DNA of 64,000 nt, taken from NCBI GenBank assembly GCA_963791045.1, contig CAWBQK010000011.1, positions 288,001 through 352,000 on the forward strand, given 5' to 3'. Shown piece by piece: positions 59,493 through 64,000 of this stretch (positions within the stretch are counted from its first letter, which is position 1; each line of letters starts with the position of its first letter). This stretch comes from Candidatus Latescibacterota bacterium. Its GTDB lineage: Bacteria > Krumholzibacteriota > Krumholzibacteriia > WVZY01. Below the pieces are notes generated by a model. That model saw only the letters and a list, made by a program, of their open reading frames with translations, was not told the origin of the DNA and ran no database searches. Position numbers and translations under genes: made by a program.

Positions 59493-60437
59493 TCAGGATG
59501 GATCTTGTTTGTAGCTTTCTCGCGAATAACTCGCCGGGACGAGGAAGGGCATCGCATCGTGGATCACTTCGGCCAGAAACGGCGTTGTTCCCAGCGGATC
59601 ACCGTCGATCTCGACGGGGAACGGCGGGTCGGAGGTAACGCGAATCCTGCTTGCCTTTACGTGTTTCAAATCGGGGAAGCCGTGGAAGCGTCTGGTGAGA
59701 ATCCGCAGGACCATCTGCAGAGTTCCCCACCATGATCGAGTCGACATAATTGAGATATTGAGTTTTCCGTCGTGCGGGTCGATGTCCGGGGCGAAGGAAA
59801 ACCCGAGACTCTGAATGCTCCCGATGTTTATCACCATTACCGTGTGCGCCCGCAGGTGTTTGACCTCATCGTCGATCTCGAGTTCCATCTGGACGGGGCG
59901 AACCGAGGGGGCGTTTCGTATTCCGAACATCACATAGCCGATGAATCCGAGTTTCTTCTTCAACTCGGCTGGGGTGTCGTGGATCAACCTGCCGTCGTAG
60001 CCGGTTCCCATGATGAATACAAAGTAACGATCGTGCTCGGGGAGGTATCCAATGTCGAACCTCTCGGATTTACCCGACTCGATCAAGCCGAGCGAATCGC
60101 GAATGCTCATGGGAATCGAGAGGGCGCGCGCGGCAAAATTTGTGGTTCCCGTCGGAATCTGCGCGAGCGTGACACGACCGCCGCTGCGCATGATTCCATC
60201 GGCCGCCTCGCTCACCGTTCCGTCGCCTCCCGCCGCAGCAACGAGATCGAAGCCTTCGGCCACCGCGGACCGTGCCCAACGGCTCGCGTCGCCCCGCTCC
60301 TTGCTTTCTCGGAGAACGAAGTTGTGCCCCTTCTCCATCATGAAGGACTCGATCACGGAGCGGATTCTGGCCGTGTTGCGCTGTCCCGCGGTGGGGTTGA
60401 GTATAACGAGTATTTTGTTGAAAGCAGTCATATCCAC
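59493..60437 (-). CDS. Diacylglycerol/lipid kinase family protein (YegS/DgkB-like)
   Basis: ILNPTAG, AGGDGT, IPTGTTN.FA, DGKL, EIDGD. Confidence 0.92.
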   Translation of the reverse strand: MDMTAFNKILVILNPTAGQRNTARIRSVIESFMMEKGHNFVLRESKERGDASRWARSAVAEGFDLVAAAGGDGTVSEAADGIMRSGGRVTLAQIPTGTTNFAARALSIPMSIRDSLGLIESGKSERFDIGYLPEHDRYFVFIMGTGYDGRLIHDTPAELKKKLGFIGYVMFGIRNAPSVRPVQMELEIDDEVKHLRAHTVMVINIGSIQSLGFSFAPDIDPHDGKLNISIMSTRSWWGTLQMVLRILTRRFHGFPDLKHVKASRIRVTSDPPFPVEIDGDPLGTTPFLAEVIHDAMPFLVPASYSRESYKQDPS

Positions 60438-60596
60438 ACTGCTTAAAAACTACCCGCCTGCGAATCAAATTGCAAGCGGGTAGTCAGTGCCACAGCTGCA
60501 CTTCGGACTATGTGGGAGGCGATGGGCGGGAACGGCCCCGTTGTCTGGACCGTCCCGTTCTGGTATTTCAGGGCTGTTCTCCGCCCAGTCGCATAA

Positions 60597-60974
60597 CTAC
60601 TTCTTCTCGATTTCTTTCTTTTCGAGAGTCGACGACACGAGGAGTCCGATTCCGATCGCGAGTGGGATGAGTCCCCAGACGCCGCCCTCGGCGCCCGCGG
60701 GCACCCAGATGGCGATGGTCAGCGCGATGCCGAGGAATGTCATTACCAAACCGGCGGACCGGTTCTGGAGATGCGCCGGACGCTTGGGTTCGAGTGGAAG
60801 CTCGGGCAGCCTGACGCCTTTTTCCATCGCGGTGAGGCGTTCTCTGTGTTCGAGTTCCTTTTTGCGTCCCGACATTATGATGGCGACGATGGCGACGGCG
60901 ATTCCCCCAATGATAGTTACGATCGGGATCATTATCGCGAGTGTCTCTGGTCTGAGTAGTCCAAACATCGGCAT
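60597..60974 (-). CDS. Small membrane protein, DUF6249-like
   Basis: TM helix, HRERLTAMEKG, two further TM helices; AAAGGAG RBS before ATG 60974. Confidence 0.7.
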   Translation of the reverse strand: MPMFGLLRPETLAIMIPIVTIIGGIAVAIVAIIMSGRKKELEHRERLTAMEKGVRLPELPLEPKRPAHLQNRSAGLVMTFLGIALTIAIWVPAGAEGGVWGLIPLAIGIGLLVSSTLEKKEIEKK

Positions 60975-61064
60975 GGTAACTCCTTTCCCTGTAATCCATT
61001 CAATTAATGCGAAGAGTAAATCCATATACGGAATCCTTTTGTTTTTGTGAGCTCGTTCGAACAG

Positions 61065-61097
61065 TAAGACAGCCACCCGTGTCGGTTTGTTTCAACT
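61065..61097 (-). promoter_or_regulatory. Putative ECF-sigma promoter towards the DUF6249-like gene
   Basis: AGTTGAAACAAA-N16-TCTTA, the same boxes and spacing as at 61263-61295. Confidence 0.65.
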
Positions 61098-61119
61098 TTC
61101 TTTCTTCGGTGCGGGTGTC

Positions 61120-61230
61120 CGGTGGGGTCTTCCTCGGGCCCTCGCTCCGCTTCGCTCGACTTGACTGTCGGCTTCGCCGACAGTGGATTCTCGCTCGCTC
61201 CCGCGAAAGGGCCTTTCGAAAGACCCACCG
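61120..61230. repeat. About 110-bp hairpin-rich REP/MITE-like element
   Basis: Imperfect terminal IR CGGTGGGGTCTT / AAGACCCACCG; internal hairpin ACTGTCGGC-TTC-GCCGACAGT (61164-61184); shares words with 8483-8530. Confidence 0.5.
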
Positions 61231-61262
61231 CCCTCTTCGTCTGAAGGGATATCGAGGAAATT

Positions 61263-61295
61263 AGTTGAAACAAAACGGGTCTCGGGCCACTCTTA
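61263..61295 (+). promoter_or_regulatory. Putative autoregulatory ECF-sigma promoter
   Basis: AGTTGAAACAAA-N16-TCTTA ending 5 nt before the ATG at 61301. Confidence 0.65.
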
Positions 61296-61300
61296 TATTT

Positions 61301-61891
61301 ATGGAAAGGACGACTCAACGAGGTGATAACGATGCAGAACTTGTGGCCAAATCGCTCAGCGGAAGTGACAAAGCCTTTCGTACGCTCGTTGAGCGGTATC
61401 AGCCCCTCGTTTATTCCGTGGTCCGAGGGGTGCTCGGAGACAGCGATACCGCGGAAGACGTTGTCCAGGAAGTATTTATCAAGGTTTTCAAGGGGCTGCA
61501 CACCTACCGTGGGGATGCCAAGCTCTCGACCTGGATGTATCGGATCGCGCGAAACGAGGCGGTCAACGCCGGACGCCGGACGCCGCCTCCAACGACACCC
61601 GTCGAAGATGTCATCCTCGAAGCGCCCGCCGGAGAGGGCCCCGATGAGGCTTTCCGAAAAAAAGCGATTCGGGAAAATCTCGATCAGTCGCTCGCCCGGC
61701 TCGAAGACAATTACCGTCTCGTGCTCGAGCTCCGTTACATGGGCGAAATGTCTTACAACGAAATCAGCGACGTTATGGAGCTTCCGATCGGGACTGTGAA
61801 GACGTATATTCACAGAGCAAAGGTCGAACTCAAGAGGGTAATGAGCCGCGAACAATTTGTAGAGGAACACAAGAGACACCATGACATGTGA
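61301..61891 (+). CDS. ECF sigma-70 family factor (SigW/RpoE-like)
   Basis: D.ELV, AEDVVQEVFIK, STWMYRIARN, and region 4 SYNEIS..PIGTVKTYIHRA. Confidence 0.93.
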   Translation: MERTTQRGDNDAELVAKSLSGSDKAFRTLVERYQPLVYSVVRGVLGDSDTAEDVVQEVFIKVFKGLHTYRGDAKLSTWMYRIARNEAVNAGRRTPPPTTPVEDVILEAPAGEGPDEAFRKKAIRENLDQSLARLEDNYRLVLELRYMGEMSYNEISDVMELPIGTVKTYIHRAKVELKRVMSREQFVEEHKRHHDM

Positions 61892-62399
61892 CAAATTCGA
61901 AGATCTGCTTCCGTTCTACGCCGAGGGCGACATCGCCGACGATGACCGCCTCAGGGTAGACGAGCATCTCAAAGGGTGCGCGTCGTGCCGCGAGTCGCTC
62001 GCGTTCTTCGAAGATCTGGAAACCGCGCTTGTCTCGCGGAGCGAGATCCGCCCTCCAGCGCGCCGGACGGCGGCCGCTGTCACAGAACGTCTCGGGCTCG
62101 ACACCCGCCGTCGCTGGTATTCCATATCATGGGCCGGTGCGCCTGCGCTCGCCGGAATCGCGCTTGCTCTCGTCGGCGTGCTGCTTCTTTTTGTCCGGCT
62201 CCCGATCCCGGAAATGCCGTCGCTTACAAACAGCGATTTCTTCCTTTGGTTTACCGCGCTCATCGAGAAGTGGACGCTGGAAACGGCGCAGCTCGGGAGC
62301 GGCGGCGACGAATGGGTGCTCCTCACCGTTTACTCGACTCTCTTCGCAATGATTCTGTTTTCTGGAAGCTGGATGGTACTGAGGTTCGTCCGCGACTAG
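61881..62399 (+). CDS. Zinc-finger (zf-HC2/ZAS) membrane anti-sigma factor
   Basis: MTC..., HLKGCASC (HxxxCxxC), two TM helices; overlaps the sigma gene. Confidence 0.88.
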   Translation: MTCDKFEDLLPFYAEGDIADDDRLRVDEHLKGCASCRESLAFFEDLETALVSRSEIRPPARRTAAAVTERLGLDTRRRWYSISWAGAPALAGIALALVGVLLLFVRLPIPEMPSLTNSDFFLWFTALIEKWTLETAQLGSGGDEWVLLTVYSTLFAMILFSGSWMVLRFVRD

Positions 62400-62409
62400 A
62401 CCCGCCCCG

Positions 62410-63093
62410 TTAGAACCGATATCCCACGCCAAGCCGAGGTTGCAGGTAGTTCGCGTAGATTACGTGTGCAAAGATTTCAAGATGTGACCAGAAGAGGAAA
62501 TCGGTCCCTACCGCAATCCCAAGATTGGTTATGCTTTCCTTCGTGCCGCTGAGGCAGGCGCCCCCGTCATAGACTTGATTGTCCACGAAGTATCCCGGGC
62601 CCCACCACCCTGTGAACTCGTGCTTGGGCCCGATCTCCCAGGTTTTTCCCACCTGTATGAGCCCAGCGAAATGCCGTGTCATGCTATGGCAGTTCGACTC
62701 CTGGTTGTCATGCTGGAAATTCTCGAAATAATTGAGCAGCGCGCTGATATAGAAATCCTCGGTTTCGAAAATCAAAACGGTCGCGCCCACACCGAGATTT
62801 ATGTGTCGGTACGACGTGCCTTCGTTGTGCGGGTCGCCGTTCAATATGGCGAACTCAAAATACCCTGTGAAGCGTTCGTGAAATCCATATTTCGCCCAAA
62901 AGGTCCCGAGGTTGTACTTGTCTTCGCTTTTTCCCGATCCGTCGGTCCACTCCGTGTCGCGGTGGAGCCACATTTCCTGCGCGCCAAACGTGAACTTTCC
63001 TTTTTTGGCGGGGGGCGTAAGCAATATCGCCCGGGCGTTTTCCGTTATGAGGGCCGCCGCGAGCAGAATTATGACGAAAACAAACCGTCGCAT
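62410..63093 (-). CDS. Outer membrane beta-barrel protein (paralog A)
   Basis: Signal peptide, amphipathic strands, C-terminal QPRLGVGYRF. Confidence 0.7.
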   Translation of the reverse strand: MRRFVFVIILLAAALITENARAILLTPPAKKGKFTFGAQEMWLHRDTEWTDGSGKSEDKYNLGTFWAKYGFHERFTGYFEFAILNGDPHNEGTSYRHINLGVGATVLIFETEDFYISALLNYFENFQHDNQESNCHSMTRHFAGLIQVGKTWEIGPKHEFTGWWGPGYFVDNQVYDGGACLSGTKESITNLGIAVGTDFLFWSHLEIFAHVIYANYLQPRLGVGYRF

Positions 63094-63101
63094 GTTAAAT
63101 C

Positions 63102-63779
63102 CTAAAACTGGAACCCAGCGCCGAGGCGCGGCTGAAACGCGTCCGCGTATACACCGTGCGCGAACAGATCCACGCGTTGAAACACCACCGCGTTTACGCC
63201 GACGACAAAACCAAAGTTGTTCGAGGTCTCATCCTTGACCGGGTTGGATGTGCCCCATGGGTACTGGCGGCTCTGGTCATAAACAAACGCAGGACCGCCC
63301 CAGACCACGAGCCTCTGTTCTCTGATGTCGAACGCTTTTTCGACCTGGAGAACGGAGGTGATGTCGCGAGTGTTTTTGTGGAGCTGGCTGTCGGTCCGGT
63401 CGTGGTCGAATATTTCGCTGTAATGGCCTGAGAGCGACAAATCGACCCACTTGCCCCGGTAAAGTTTTGCTGTTATCCCGCCGCCGATGGTGTAGCGGCG
63501 GTAATCGTTGTCGGGGAAGTCATCATGATGAACCGTTGAGATTCCGCCTTCGAAATCGAAAGTCGCCCACCGGCACGCGCCGTATTTGAAATAAATCGCT
63601 CCCGCCGACCAGTCCACCCGTCCGAGATAAGTCGATTCGAAATCGCGTTCGTACCACTTGTACGTAACCCCAACCTCGAGTTGGTGCCGGTCGAGGATCG
63701 GCCCCATCACCTGGGCCTGGGCACAAACCGCCGTGAAGACGACGAGGGTTAAAAGTACGAATGTGATTCTTTGCATCAT
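63102..63779 (-). CDS. Outer membrane beta-barrel protein (paralog B)
   Basis: Signal peptide, C-terminal QPRLGAGFQF; colinear with paralog A. Confidence 0.7.
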   Translation of the reverse strand: MMQRITFVLLTLVVFTAVCAQAQVMGPILDRHQLEVGVTYKWYERDFESTYLGRVDWSAGAIYFKYGACRWATFDFEGGISTVHHDDFPDNDYRRYTIGGGITAKLYRGKWVDLSLSGHYSEIFDHDRTDSQLHKNTRDITSVLQVEKAFDIREQRLVVWGGPAFVYDQSRQYPWGTSNPVKDETSNNFGFVVGVNAVVFQRVDLFAHGVYADAFQPRLGAGFQF

Positions 63780-63798
63780 TTCCTTGTTTGCCGTTTTG

Positions 63799-64000
63799 CT
63801 ATTTTCTCAACCGGAGTATCCGCCCCCGGTCGCCCACGCCGATGATGTCGTTAGCCGAACTCCCCCACAGCCCCCAGAAATTTGTGTCCTGATCAAAAAA
63901 CATTTGCGTCCACAGTACACCGTCGAAGTGAAGAATGTCGCCTTCAAAAGACGCCGCATACACATCGTTGAACGCCGTCCCCCAAACGGAGGTTAGTGTC
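63799..64000 (-). CDS. Partial CDS (3' end), beta-propeller-type repeat protein
   Basis: Not in the ORF track. Reads TLTSVWGTAFNDVYAASFEGDILHFDGVLW...FWGLWGSSANDIIGVGDRGRILRLRK*, two copies of the (V/L)WG..ND..G.IL repeat. Confidence 0.7.
   Translation of the reverse strand, partial: TLTSVWGTAFNDVYAASFEGDILHFDGVLWTQMFFDQDTNFWGLWGSSANDIIGVGDRGRILRLRK

Noticed and set aside
160-63996. Many long antisense or alternate-frame ORFs (e.g. 17285..18565, 9389..10453, 4250..5386, 25026..26000)
   Set aside because: Shadow ORFs of high-GC coding sequence; they overlap well-supported genes and show no motifs.

Overview
Bacterial genomic window, GC-rich, from a diderm and probably facultative or anaerobic organism. 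One secreted protein ends in an SWGxIKxxF tail, which points to the Krumholzibacteriota/Eisenbacteria/Latescibacterota group (inference). No rRNA, tRNA, CRISPR array, prophage or transposase was seen. The flanks carry ordinary genes: TonB receptor, K+ channel, FKBP, an OmpR-type two-component pair, nth/polX, a POT transporter, RluA, YgfZ, DAG kinase, an ECF sigma/anti-sigma pair and OM barrels. The core (about 16.9-58.3 kb) is a sigma54-controlled glutamate/redox island with four parts. (1) A rewired Rnf operon: octaheme cytochrome, RnfC lacking its FMN/NADH motifs, RnfD lacking its flavinylated Thr, and RnfB fused to a GltD-like flavoprotein. (2) Two copies of an uncharacterised module: a glutamate dehydrogenase plus a short and a long PPDK/PEP-synthase-like ATP-grasp protein, the long one carrying a sensor domain and a nucleotidyltransferase. 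In the second copy both the GDH and the long protein have degenerate motifs. (3) A NuoE / NuoF::GltD / NuoG-N cluster with bifurcation-type signatures next to a stand-alone FMN glutamate-synthase domain. (4) An acyl-CoA ligase/GNAT, cytochrome bd and two sigma54 activators. Three sigma54 promoters share an upstream architecture at nearly identical spacing, and two domains recur across otherwise unrelated operons. Several genes carry single-base frameshifts that look like long-read sequencing errors. All calls come from reading motifs by eye; no database search was run.
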